Source of the DNA: an uncultured Candidatus Rokubacteria bacterium
GTDB lineage: Bacteria > Methylomirabilota > Methylomirabilia > Rokubacteriales > DASRDR01
Reading direction: 5' to 3'
NCBI GenBank assembly: GCA_963826115.1
Contig: CAWGVS010000002.1
Location: forward strand, 1-64,000
DNA: 64,000 nt
The position numbers and the translations under genes were made by a program. Within the stretch, counting starts at the first letter, position 1, and the number at the start of each line of letters is the position of its first letter. Shown here in pieces: positions 20,933 to 30,657 of this stretch. Below the pieces are notes generated by a model. That model was not told the origin of the DNA and ran no database searches. It was given only the letters and a program-made list of their open reading frames with translations.

Positions 20933-21367
20933 ATGACCACGCCCAGAAGATCGCGCACCTACCTGACCCTCTACTTCAACCTCGAGCGAACCGAGGACCT
21001 TGATCTGCTGACCTTGCTCTACGCGGTGCCGGCCACGCGGCGAGGGACGGCCGTCAAGCAGGTCCTCCGCGCGGGCCTCACGGCGCATCTGCACGCGCAT
21101 CACCCGGACCGCCCGCCGCTCGACCGCCAAGCCGTGCGCGATCTCGTGGCCACGCGAGCCCGGGCCAGACGTCGGCGACGCCGGAGCCAGCCAGCGCAGG
21201 ACGGTGGCCACGACGCGCCCGCTCGTGCCCCGGTCGCGAACCGCGAGGTCGGCCCGCCCGGAACACCAGGCCAAGGTCCGGAGGAGCTCACGGACGACGC
21301 GGACCGGGCACCGTCCGGTGACGCCGAGGTCCGCCTCGACCGCCTGCTCCGGTCGTTCCTGCGATGA
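20933..21367 (+). CDS. ParR-like adaptor (putative ribbon-helix-helix N-terminus, disordered linker, C-terminal helix)
   Basis: Position after parM; YLTLYF strand, DLLTLL and TAVKQVLRAGL helices, terminal LDRLLRSF. Confidence 0.55.
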   Translation: MTTPRRSRTYLTLYFNLERTEDLDLLTLLYAVPATRRGTAVKQVLRAGLTAHLHAHHPDRPPLDRQAVRDLVATRARARRRRRRSQPAQDGGHDAPARAPVANREVGPPGTPGQGPEELTDDADRAPSGDAEVRLDRLLRSFLR

Positions 21368-22529
21368 CGATGAGCGCGACCGAGTGCACTCGGTCCTCCG
21401 TGCGACGGGATGCCCGCACCGCGAGCAGGCCCTGGAAGGGTCCGCGAATGCGCGATGTGGCCCGGATGGATCAGGGGAAGGAATCCCACGAATCGGCGCG
21501 GAGTTCCACGGCAGGCTCCGAGCGGCCCCGCCCGGCGGCGCGCCTCATGAGATTCCTGTGCTGGCGTGGCGGCACCGGATGGCGGTGCGGCCGTGGTGAC
21601 GGCCATCGTGGCACCGAAGGTGGACGGGCCCCGGTCTGAAGAGCCGCCGCGCGGCTCTCGACGGGCGGTGTGCCCGTCGACGCGCTCGTCGCGGGGAGGC
21701 TCGCGTCCTGGGGTGGCGCCTTCGGCCATCGCGCGCGCTGCCGTGAGAGGTCGGCGATGGTCTGGGACCGCGGCGGTTTGATTCGGTGTGGTGGGTCGCT
21801 GTTCGTCTGCGGTCCGGTCGGCCTTCGGGCCCCTTCGGGGCGTGGCCCACGAATCGCGGACGTCGGCTCCCGTGACCCCCGGGGAGACTCTGTCTGCGGT
21901 CCCGTCGGGTCCTCGGGCGTGTTCAGAGGGTAGAGCTGTGAGCTTCGGATCGAGGGCTGGTGAGGGGGCGGACCGTGGCGACCGACAGACGGGACACGAA
22001 GCGGCGGCACGGGTCGTGCTCGTGGCCGAAGGAGGGGATCACATGGCACCTCGGGGCGGACCATGGCGCGCGAGTGGGCCGGTCACGCTCGGTTCCGTGG
22101 CAGACCGACAGCCCGGACAGGCATCGGGCGAGCAGACGATCGCGGGGGATCGGATGCTCCGGCGCGTGGTCTACGCGTACCTCGTCAGCGTCGTGGTGGC
22201 TGGCGCGGTCGCGCTCGTCGGACTGCACGAAGGTCTCTGGTGAGCACCACGGGAGCGGGTGGCCACGGCGTGATCCGCATCCGGGAGCGCGGGCCGCGGA
22301 TGGCGCTGACGCATCGCGTGCTCATCGTGGCGGGGCCCGCGGGGGTGGAGTTCCACCTCGACCACCGGATCGCGGCCGCCCGCGGTCAGCACCGGATCGT
22401 GGGCCCGGAGGGGCTGGCCGCGTGGATGGCCGATGCCGGGGACGTCCATCCGACCTTCCACATCGCCGCGACCTGCCCGTGCCGGCGAAACCACGCTCAG
22501 AGCGGGGGACCCCGCCAAGGAGGAATGGG

Positions 22530-22922
22530 ATGTCCGACGTGAACCGCGTGACGCTGTCGGGCCGCCTCGCGGCGGACCCCGAGCTGAAGTACCTCCCGAG
22601 CGGGACCGCCGTCGCGAACCTGCGGCTCGCCTCGAACCGGACGTACACGAGCAACGGCGAGCGGCGGGAGGAGGCCCTGTTCGTCGATGTGGAGGTCTAC
22701 GGGAAGCCCGCCGAGGCGGTGGCCCAGCACAAGGCGAAGGGCGCGTTCCTGGTCATCGACGGACGCCTCCGCCAAAACACCTGGGAGCGGGACGGCCAGC
22801 GCCACTCGCGCCTCCTCGTCGTGGCCGACCACGTCAGCTTCGGCCCGAGTGTGGGCGCCGCAGGCGCCACGGAAGCCGCCGCCGTGGCCGGGGGCGACGA
22901 GAAGGATGACCTGCCGTTCTGA
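22530..22922 (+). CDS. ssb: Single-stranded DNA-binding protein
   Basis: NRVTLSGRLAADPELKY, GRLRQNTWE, acidic tail DDLPF; RBS AGGAGG. Confidence 0.96.
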   Translation: MSDVNRVTLSGRLAADPELKYLPSGTAVANLRLASNRTYTSNGERREEALFVDVEVYGKPAEAVAQHKAKGAFLVIDGRLRQNTWERDGQRHSRLLVVADHVSFGPSVGAAGATEAAAVAGGDEKDDLPF

Positions 22923-23120
22923 GTGCGGCGTCCTCAGACTGAAGTAGCCGCGCCTTCTCTCGGCTGAATGCCTCCCGGATGTCCCGGGCGGCCTCGCACG
23001 GATCGATCCAGAGTTCCTGGAACTCCCCTGGGCGCCACCGCCCTGATTCTCCCCGACACGGCACGCGGCGGTGCCCGCGTGCCCGCTCGGCCCCGAGGCC
23101 GAGGTCAACGGAGGAACGCC

Positions 23121-23600
23121 ATGCCCCGAGGCCGCTCGACTCCGCCCTGTCACCGCTACCGCCGGGTCGCGGTGACCTACACCGTGGCCCGGGAGCACGG
23201 CCCCGCGACCTGGCCCACGCTCTCGAGCCCGGAGGAGGCCGCCGAGTTCGCCCGCGAGCTCCTCGCCGCCCACGACGACGACCGCGAGCACTTCTGGGTG
23301 ATCTTCCTCAACGCCCAGAACGGGTACACGGGCCACCATCTCGTCTCCACGGGCAGCCTCTCGGCGTCGATCGTCCACCCCCGCGAGGTGTTGGGGCCGG
23401 CCCTGCGCGAGGGCGCGGCGCATCTGCTCCTGGTCCACAACCACCCGTCGGGGGACACGACCCCCTCGAAGGAGGACGTGAGCCTCACCCGGCAGCTCGT
23501 GGAGGGCGCCCGGCTCCTCGGAATCCGCCTCCACGACCACCTGATCGTCGGCAACGGCACGAACAAGTGGACCTCCCTGGCGCAGCGGGGGCTGCTGTAG
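23121..23600 (+). CDS. radC: RadC-like JAB domain protein
   Basis: REHF, VHPREV, HNHPSGD..PS.ED, LHDHLIVG; RBS GGAGG. Confidence 0.93.
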   Translation: MPRGRSTPPCHRYRRVAVTYTVAREHGPATWPTLSSPEEAAEFARELLAAHDDDREHFWVIFLNAQNGYTGHHLVSTGSLSASIVHPREVLGPALREGAAHLLLVHNHPSGDTTPSKEDVSLTRQLVEGARLLGIRLHDHLIVGNGTNKWTSLAQRGLL

Positions 23601-23602
23601 CC

Positions 23603-24349
23603 GTGCTGCTGGTGCTCGATCCGGTGCCGGCGCTGGCCCGGGACCTCCGCACCTTGCCCCACGCCCTGGCGCAGCCGCTGTTCGTGGAGGCGATCCGGCC
23701 GCTGCGAGGGCTCACGCACACGGCGGACGGCGCGTGGGAGGCGTACCGCGAGGGACGCTGCTTCCCCAGCGAGGTCCGGGCGATCGAGCGCGCGCTCACG
23801 CAGCGCTTCGCCGGGGAGGCCGAGTACGGGCGCCTGGTGAGTCTGGGACTGGCCCATACCGGGCGGCCGGCGTTGTCGACCGTCGTTCTCACGGCCGCGG
23901 ACGCCGGCGAGGAGGCCGGGGTGCTCCAGGCCTTCTGGCAGATCCTCGCGCGGAGCCAGAAGTCGGACCTGCGGCTCGTCACCTACGGCGGCGCGCGGTG
24001 GGGGCTGCCCTTCCTCGCGCGGCGGAGTCTGCTCCTCGGGCTCGCCCCGTCCGTGCCGCTCCCGCTCGGCCGTTCGAAGCTCGAGATCCACTTCGATGTC
24101 GACGCCGTGCTCGCCAACTGGGACGTACGGCGGTCCCGGCCCCTCGAGCTCGCCGCGCTCCAGTACGACCTCCCCGGGCCCTGGGCGGCCTCCGAGGATC
24201 CCGACGGTGCGGACACGACCGCGGCGATCCGGGCGGCCCTCGACGCGGGCGACCGGGAGGCCGCGCGCACGCTGGCCGAGGCCCGCCTCCAGGCGCTCGT
24301 CGGTCTGCACGCACGCCTGGCGCCGAGCTACCTCGGCGCCGTGGCGTGA
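23603..24349 (+). CDS. PolB-type 3'-5' exonuclease-like (RNase H fold) protein, catalytic residues apparently lost
   Basis: GRLVSLG, EAGVLQAFW, LVTYGGARWGLPFLARRS, HFDV resemble DNA_pol_B_exo2 motifs. Confidence 0.6.
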   Translation: MLLVLDPVPALARDLRTLPHALAQPLFVEAIRPLRGLTHTADGAWEAYREGRCFPSEVRAIERALTQRFAGEAEYGRLVSLGLAHTGRPALSTVVLTAADAGEEAGVLQAFWQILARSQKSDLRLVTYGGARWGLPFLARRSLLLGLAPSVPLPLGRSKLEIHFDVDAVLANWDVRRSRPLELAALQYDLPGPWAASEDPDGADTTAAIRAALDAGDREAARTLAEARLQALVGLHARLAPSYLGAVA

Positions 24350-24441
24350 CCGCCTGGTGCGATGGCGGCCCCTTCCACAAGACGTGTCTGGAACGCAACC
24401 AGGCCACCGCGGTCTGCATCGGGCCCGAGGAGAGCGGAGCC

Positions 24442-24636
24442 ATGCCGAAGATGACGGTCACCACGAATGACGGCCGGTTCATCGCGGACTTCGAGATCGG
24501 CGACGTGGACCCGATCGACTACCAACCCGAGATCGACGAGGTCCTGCGCGAAGCCTTCGAGTTGGAGGGCACCGCGGTCCCAGACTGGCTCCAGCGGGAC
24601 GACGTCGGCCCGGGATCTCCTCGACCTCAACGATAG
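24442..24636 (+). CDS. Small acidic hypothetical protein
   Basis: RBS GGAG; 64 aa, D/E-rich. Confidence 0.5.
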   Translation: MPKMTVTTNDGRFIADFEIGDVDPIDYQPEIDEVLREAFELEGTAVPDWLQRDDVGPGSPRPQR

Positions 24637-24658
24637 CGCGACGCGAAGGTCCACACCC

Positions 24659-25126
24659 ATGGGAGAGCGCAGTTGGGCACGTTTGACGATCGGGGGCCCA
24701 GTCCCGCGCCGGTTGCTCACCGACGCCCTCGAGACGCTGGCCGGCTGTCGGCTGGACGAGTGTCTGGAGGATGGCCGGGTCGTCGTCGAAGACCCCGAGG
24801 CGTCCTGGGGTGGATTCTCCGAGCTGGAGGCGTGGCTCGAGGGTCGAGGGATTCCCTTCGACCTCGAAAGCGCGGCGTGCCCCGGCGCGTGGCCCGACAT
24901 GCTCGTCCACTTCCGCCCCGGCCGGGGGCGCGTGGAGTTTGTCGCCGACGATAGTCATGCGGAGCCGGTGATCCCGCGGTCGACACTTCGGACGGCGCTG
25001 ACCCGCTACCGGACCCTGAAGAGTCTGCGCGTGTGGCTCGCGCGGACGTACCCGGAGGTCCCGGCCCTCGAACCGATCACATGGACGCGGGCTGACCCGG
25101 TCGGGTCTGGGCGATGCGAACACTGA
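24659..25126 (+). CDS. Hypothetical protein
   Basis: MGERSWARLTIGG...GGFSELEAWL..GIPFD; co-oriented with neighbours. Confidence 0.6.
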   Translation: MGERSWARLTIGGPVPRRLLTDALETLAGCRLDECLEDGRVVVEDPEASWGGFSELEAWLEGRGIPFDLESAACPGAWPDMLVHFRPGRGRVEFVADDSHAEPVIPRSTLRTALTRYRTLKSLRVWLARTYPEVPALEPITWTRADPVGSGRCEH

Positions 25127-25266
25127 GCGACACCGAGGCGCTGAATCGCATCTACGCCTGCCTGAACGGACTCGAATGGTCCGCGGACACACTGGAGGCG
25201 ATTGCCGCCCTCATCGAAGCGACCGGCCGGCCGATCGCCCCACCGCCCGTGAAGGATCGGCGATGA
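25114..25266 (+). CDS. Small hypothetical protein (50 aa)
   Basis: Manual translation MRTLSDTEALNRIYACLNGLEWSADTLEAIAALIEATGRPI...; overlaps the upstream stop. Confidence 0.5.
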   Translation: MRTLSDTEALNRIYACLNGLEWSADTLEAIAALIEATGRPIAPPPVKDRR

Positions 25267-25335
25267 GTCGGAGGCCGGTCGGCGCCCAGGGGACGCGAGG
25301 CGCGACGTGACGACGCGTCCGGGCGAGGACGGAGG

Positions 25336-25644
25336 GTGGTCGCCGCGTGGGCCACGGCCTCGACCCACGGCGCCGCGCTGTACGAGACCGTGCTGTACGC
25401 CGACGGGAGCCTCTCGTGTAACTGTCCCGGCTGGGTGTACCCGCGGAATGGGCGGACGCGCGCCTGCCGGCACACGAGGACCTACGAGCCCCTGGCCCCG
25501 GGGCTGCTCGCGGCGGCCGCGGCGACGGGTCCGTCGAGGGCCGGAACGAGGCCCACGGGAGGCGGCAGCGGAGCGAGTCCCCAACCGCCTGTGGTCCGGG
25601 CCATGGGGTCCGGGGGACCGCGTCGCCGGTTCGACCTGTCCTAA
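25336..25644 (+). CDS. SWIM zinc-finger protein
   Basis: SCNCPGW...ACRH (CxC...CxH); GGAGG upstream. Confidence 0.65.
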   Translation: MVAAWATASTHGAALYETVLYADGSLSCNCPGWVYPRNGRTRACRHTRTYEPLAPGLLAAAAATGPSRAGTRPTGGGSGASPQPPVVRAMGSGGPRRRFDLS

Positions 25645-25806
25645 GCGGGGGCCCGCGCCACAGGCGCCGGCCGAGACCCAGGTCAGCGATTCCGATGGCT
25701 CGCGGGTTCCGCGTCGTGCGGCCACTCCGATCCCCGCCCCGAGCCTGGCTGAGCCAAGACTGCATCCGGGAGCCTCGTGGGCTCCCGCGCCACAGGAGCG
25801 ACACGC

Positions 25807-26781
25807 ATGGCTGACCCGCAGACCCTCATCCGCGACGCTCAGGAGAAGGCCGAACGCCTGTGCCGGCTCGCCGTCGCGCAGACGCCGGCCGACTACCAGA
25901 GCTTCATCACCCTCATCGAGCAGCGCAAGAAGGTGGGCGGGACGCGGGCGGCGCCCATCTGGGCCACCGTCCGGCAGCCGTATCTCTCTGCCGACGGCCG
26001 GGTCAAGATGGCCCGCGACCAGCACCGCGAGGCCAGCAAGCGCTTCGACATCCAGAGCGAGTTCCTGGTCGAGCCGACCAGCGGCCAACTCCTCGCCCGC
26101 GCCACGCTCACGAGCGAGATCTACGGCACGGCCGTGGCGCATGCGCGCGTCTTCCTCGGTGGCGAGGGGGTCAACGAGTCGAACCCCATCGAGAACGGCG
26201 AGACGAGCGCCGTGGCGCGCGCCTTGGGCATGTGGGGCTTCGGCTGCTTCGGGACCGGGATCGCCTCGGCTGACGAGGTGCTGCGCGTGAACGAGCGGCC
26301 CGACTCGCGCGGGCACGGGGGCGCCGCGCCTGGGTCGGCCAACGGCGTGCCCGACCCCTCGGCGGCCGCCACCGTCGCGCCGGACGTCCCGCACGACGCC
26401 ACCGAGGCCGAGCTGGCACGACTCGGCCAGGCGCTCGGCCTCCGGCCCGGCGAGCTGGCCCTGCGGCGGGCGCAGGCGACCTCCGACGCGGACGCCGTGA
26501 TCGCGCTCCGCGGCGAGGTGACCGCTCGCGTCCTGAGCGACGGGATGCCGCGGGAGGCGCTCCCGTCGCACGCCGCCTGCCTTGGGGTCGAGACCGGCGC
26601 GTATCGCCGCTACCTGGTGGCCCGGTACCAGGTCGCGGACGGTGAGGCCCCGGAGCTCGCGCTGAGCGAGGCCCACGTCCGCGAGGAGCGCGAGCGGTTC
26701 GTCCGACGGTACCAGGACGCCGGGGTGGCGCTGGGCTTCCGGGACCAGTGCGCGCGTCTCGCGGGCACCACCGCGGCGTGA
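25807..26781 (+). CDS. Putative single-strand annealing protein (Rad52-like N-terminal domain)
   Basis: PYLSADGR and ENGETSAVARALG..GFG...IASADEV resemble phage Rad52-type SSAP motifs; RBS AGGAG. Confidence 0.5.
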   Translation: MADPQTLIRDAQEKAERLCRLAVAQTPADYQSFITLIEQRKKVGGTRAAPIWATVRQPYLSADGRVKMARDQHREASKRFDIQSEFLVEPTSGQLLARATLTSEIYGTAVAHARVFLGGEGVNESNPIENGETSAVARALGMWGFGCFGTGIASADEVLRVNERPDSRGHGGAAPGSANGVPDPSAAATVAPDVPHDATEAELARLGQALGLRPGELALRRAQATSDADAVIALRGEVTARVLSDGMPREALPSHAACLGVETGAYRRYLVARYQVADGEAPELALSEAHVREERERFVRRYQDAGVALGFRDQCARLAGTTAA

Positions 26782-26843
26782 CCGGGACGCAGGAACACGA
26801 GGATGACCCCCGCCTGCCGCGCAGGCACAAGGAGGCGCAACGG

Positions 26844-27197
26844 ATGAGTCACGTGGCGACGATGACGCTCGAGTTCCGAGACCCGGTGGCACTGGCCGAC
26901 GCGGCCGCCGCCTGCGGGTTCGGACTCACGCACGATACCGTCCGCTTCTTCGACGGGACCCGGGTGACCGGCACCGCGGTGCGCTTGCCGGGCTGGCAGT
27001 ACCCGGTCGTGGTCGACGACCACGGCCGGCTGTTCTACGACCACTACGAGGGGCAGTGGGGCGACCTGGCTCACCTCCACCGCTTCCGGCAAGCCTACGC
27101 GGAAGCCGCCACGCGGCGGTTCGCCCACGCCCAGGGCTTCCGGATCACGCGCACCGTCCAGACCGACGGCACCGTCCGTCTGGCGCTCGGCCAGTAG
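26844..27197 (+). CDS. DUF1257 (Ycf35-like) protein
   Basis: MSHV...D..AL..A start, LPGWQYPVV, YDHYEGQWG, QAYA; RBS AGGAGG. Confidence 0.8.
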   Translation: MSHVATMTLEFRDPVALADAAAACGFGLTHDTVRFFDGTRVTGTAVRLPGWQYPVVVDDHGRLFYDHYEGQWGDLAHLHRFRQAYAEAATRRFAHAQGFRITRTVQTDGTVRLALGQ

Positions 27198-27201
27198 CCC
27201 C

Positions 27202-27405
27202 ATGAGTGCCCAGACGATCGTGGTGACGATCGGCCCGACGGGCGAGGTCACCGTCAGCGTGGAGGGCGTGGCGGGCCCCGCCTGCCACGCCCTCACGCGG
27301 CCGTTGGAGGCGGCCCTGGGTGTCACGCGCGAGGACACCCGGACCGCGGAGTACTACCGGACGGCGGCGCCGAGCACCCGGCATGTTCGTCTGGATTCGG
27401 CCTGA
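27202..27405 (+). CDS. DUF2997 protein
   Basis: IGPTGEV.V.VEGVAGPAC..LT..LEAALG...TAEYY. Confidence 0.85.
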   Translation: MSAQTIVVTIGPTGEVTVSVEGVAGPACHALTRPLEAALGVTREDTRTAEYYRTAAPSTRHVRLDSA

Positions 27406-27634
27406 CGGGACCGTCCATCTCGTCTACGACGACGCGTTGCGGGGTCTGCTCGCGCTCGGGCCGGCCGCGATTCGCCGAGCGTCCCACGTCGAGCCCACGC
27501 CCGACGGGCGGTGGACGGCCGACCTCGGACCGATGGAGGGACCCGTGCTCGGGCCGTTCACGACCCGGGCGGCCGCGCTCGAAGCCGAGCAGGTGTGGCT
27601 GGTGCACCACTTCGCGTCCGGACACCCCCAGTGA
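27383..27634 (+). CDS. Conserved hypothetical protein
   Basis: IRRASHVEP...WTADL...GPVLGPF..R..AL.AE..WL; overlaps the DUF2997 stop. Confidence 0.7.
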   Translation: MFVWIRPDGTVHLVYDDALRGLLALGPAAIRRASHVEPTPDGRWTADLGPMEGPVLGPFTTRAAALEAEQVWLVHHFASGHPQ

Positions 27635-28371
27635 GGAGAGTGATTGTGCGATCCGAGTCGCTGGCTTCCGCCACCGCCATCCCCCCGGACCCGCCCGAGG
27701 CCCGCGCGCCCGTGCGGGTGCATGCGTACCTCACGGCCCTGCCCGGACTTCTGGCGGAGGCGGATCTCGCCGAAGCGCACGTCGAGGGCCGCGACCGACG
27801 CACCGGGACGCTCGTCGCGTACAGCTTCGTCACGATCCACCGGGCGCTGGCCCTGCACGTCGCGGAAGCCGTCCGCGCGGCGCTCGCACGGCTCGAGATC
27901 GAGGTCAGACCCGACGGATCCCGCCAGGACGCGCGCGAGGCGTCCGACCGCGAGGGTTCGCACGCCGACGGCGCCGCCGCGGGCCATGTGGCCCCACAGG
28001 AGCGCGATGATGTCCCGGGCCAGTATCTCTGAGGTGACCGGCGGCGTGCGGCGACGCCGCATCGCCGGCTCACGACGGCGCGGTCGAAGAGCACGCCACG
28101 CCGGCGGCCGGGGGCCGGCGATCCCGTCGCTGGCCATCGTCGTCCAAGGCGGGACCGTCCAGGGCGTCTATGCGGGGCGGCGCGGTCGATTCACGGTGCA
28201 CCTCCTCGACGACGACGACCTCCGCGCCGACGACGACCTCGCCGAGGGCGTCGCGACGACCGGCATGCTGCCCGAGCTGGCCGTCGAACCCGGGCTCGCG
28301 ACCGCCGTGGCCGAGTACCGCGCGGTGGCCGCCCATCAGGCGCGACATCGGCCGGCCGTGGAGATCGGGTC

Positions 28372-28725
28372 GTGACGACGGGGCGTGCGTCCGTCTCCCG
28401 CTGCGTCGTGTGTCAGCCTCCGGGGCGGCCGGCGGCCCGGCGCTGTGCGGACTGCCGGGAGCCGGTGCACCAGCGTTGCCAGGCCGCGCACGCCTGCGCC
28501 CCGAAGCGGGCACGCATGGCGGCCCTGGAGGCGGCGGCCCGCGCACGGCTCCTGACCTATCGCGTGATCCTCACCCTCCACGTGGACCAGACCCTCGACT
28601 CGCCGGCCTCATGGGACTGGCCGAGCCGTCTCGGGCTGCGTCCGCCTGAGCGCGTGGTCGCCCACGTGGAGCGGCTCCGCGAGGAGACCGGTGAGACTGG
28701 CGCACCCGTGAGGCCGCCATCGTGA
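28372..28725 (+). CDS. Hypothetical protein with Cys/His zinc-finger-like N-terminus
   Basis: CVVC...CADC...HQRC...HAC; GTGA overlaps at both ends. Confidence 0.5.
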   Translation: MTTGRASVSRCVVCQPPGRPAARRCADCREPVHQRCQAAHACAPKRARMAALEAAARARLLTYRVILTLHVDQTLDSPASWDWPSRLGLRPPERVVAHVERLREETGETGAPVRPPS

Positions 28726-28988
28726 CCCGCCTCAGCGGCGACGAGCTGCGCGACGGCTACGTCTGGAACGGCTTCGACTACGCGCTCCAGGTCTGGGTCG
28801 TCGATGGGGTCGCGCAGTCCTGCGGGCACCCGGTGGCGATGCGCCGCGCGGGCCCCTGCTGTCCGGCGTTCCGCCTGGCCGGCCGACGCATCGAGACGAT
28901 TCCCGGTGCGCAGCGCCGCCCTCCCACGGCGGACGGCGGCGCGGGATCGAGCCGAACGGATCACCCCGGGCCTCGCACCGAGGCCTGA
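28722..28988 (+). CDS. Small hypothetical protein
   Basis: NGFDYALQVWV.DG...CGHP...CC; coupled start. Confidence 0.55.
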   Translation: MTRLSGDELRDGYVWNGFDYALQVWVVDGVAQSCGHPVAMRRAGPCCPAFRLAGRRIETIPGAQRRPPTADGGAGSSRTDHPGPRTEA

Positions 28989-29061
28989 GCCACCTCGACC
29001 CCCCCGCGTGCGTGGCGCACACCCGCACGCGTCTTCTCTTCCGCTGCCCAGGGAGAACGAC

Positions 29062-30621
29062 ATGCTGAGTCCATTTGCCGAACGGCTTCGCGACTACCTG
29101 CGCGCGGGATACCCCGCGCTCGCCGTCGTCACGCACGAGGAGGAACGCCTGCTCGGCGACCTCCGGACGCTCAATACCGCCGGGTGGGCGGTGGTGACGT
29201 GGACCATGGCCCGCGGCTGGGTCGACGCCGACGGCCGGGTCTTGAACCAGGGGCAGGGCGACCCCCTCCGGGCGGTGCAGGCCCTGGCGACGCTCCCCGA
29301 GAAGACGGTGGCGGTCTTCTTCGACCTCCATCCCTACCTCGCCCAGCTCCCGGAACTGGTCCGCGCCGTGCGGGACGCGTTCCCGGCCGCGAAGGCCACG
29401 CAGCGCCCCCTGCTCTTCTGCTCGCCCGAGCCGACGTGGCCCGTGGAGTGGGAGAAGGACGTCGCGCCGCTCGACTATCCCTTGCCGTCGAGGGAGGCCC
29501 TCCGCGGCGTCCTCGACGAACTGCTGGCCCCCGCGAAGGTCACCCTGCCGCCCGCCGTGCGCGACGCCATGCTCGAAGCCGCCCGCGGCCTCACGTGGAA
29601 CGAGGCCGAGAACGCGTTCGCCCTGGCCCTGATGCGCGACCGGGCGCGGATCGCGGCGATGCCGGCGACCGTCCAGGCCGAGAAGACCGCGCTGGTCCGG
29701 AAATCCGGACTCCTGGACCTCCTCACGCCGGCCGAGACGCTCGACGGGGTGGGCGGGCTCGCGCCGCTCAAGGCCTGGATCGCCGGGCAGGGCGCGCTCC
29801 TCGCCCGCGCCGCCGAGGCCCTCGCGTGGGGGTTCGCCGCGCGCGATCTGCCGAAAGGCGTGCTGCTCCTCGGGGTCCCGGGCACCGGCAAGAGCCTCCT
29901 CGCGCGCGCGATCGCCGGCAGCTGGGGCCTCCCGCTCCTCCGGCTCGAGATGGCCCGGATCCTCGGGAGCCTCGTCGGCCAGTCCGAGGCGCGGACGCAG
30001 AGCGCCCTCCGCCTCGCGGAGGCGATGGCCCCGTGTGTCCTCCACGTCGACGAGATCGAGAAGACCCTGGCGGGCGCGGGCGCGGGGCATCTCGATTCCG
30101 GCGTCAGCAGCCGGGTCGTGGGGAGTCTGCTCACCTGGCTCCAGGAGCGCGGACTCGGCCGGGACGGGACCCCCGCGCCGGTGTTCGTCGTGGCGACGGC
30201 GAACCGGGTCGAGGCGCTGCCGCCGGAGCTGTTCCGCCCCGGCCGGTTCGACCAGGTGTTCTTCCTCGACCTCCCCGAGCCGACGGAGCGCGCCGCCGTC
30301 CTCGAGATTCACCTCCGGGCCCGGCGGCAGGCCGTGCCGCGCGACGCGATCGAGGCGCTCGCCGCGCGCACGGAGGGGTACAGCGCGGCCGAGCTCGAGC
30401 AGGTCGTCAAGGCGGCGTGCCTGCGCGCGTTCCAGGACGGCGGCCGCCGCCTGCATCCCGCGGACCTCGAGGCCGCGCGCCCGAGCGTCACGCCGCTGGC
30501 GGAGAGCCGCGCCGAGGAGATCGCCGTGATCCGTGGCTGGGCGCGGACGCGCGCCCAGCGCGCCAACGGTCCCGCCGGGCTCGCCGACGGCCACACCGGG
30601 CGTCGCCGGCTCGACGAGTAG
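29062..30621 (+). CDS. AAA+ ATPase (Ycf46/SpoVK-like)
   Basis: THEEER N-terminus, VGGLAPLKAW, Walker A GVPGTGKS, Walker B LHVDEIEK, ATAN..LPPELFRPGRFD. Confidence 0.92.
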   Translation: MLSPFAERLRDYLRAGYPALAVVTHEEERLLGDLRTLNTAGWAVVTWTMARGWVDADGRVLNQGQGDPLRAVQALATLPEKTVAVFFDLHPYLAQLPELVRAVRDAFPAAKATQRPLLFCSPEPTWPVEWEKDVAPLDYPLPSREALRGVLDELLAPAKVTLPPAVRDAMLEAARGLTWNEAENAFALALMRDRARIAAMPATVQAEKTALVRKSGLLDLLTPAETLDGVGGLAPLKAWIAGQGALLARAAEALAWGFAARDLPKGVLLLGVPGTGKSLLARAIAGSWGLPLLRLEMARILGSLVGQSEARTQSALRLAEAMAPCVLHVDEIEKTLAGAGAGHLDSGVSSRVVGSLLTWLQERGLGRDGTPAPVFVVATANRVEALPPELFRPGRFDQVFFLDLPEPTERAAVLEIHLRARRQAVPRDAIEALAARTEGYSAAELEQVVKAACLRAFQDGGRRLHPADLEAARPSVTPLAESRAEEIAVIRGWARTRAQRANGPAGLADGHTGRRRLDE

Positions 30622-30657
30622 CGGGTCACGCTCACTGCACCAGGAGGAACCGCACCC

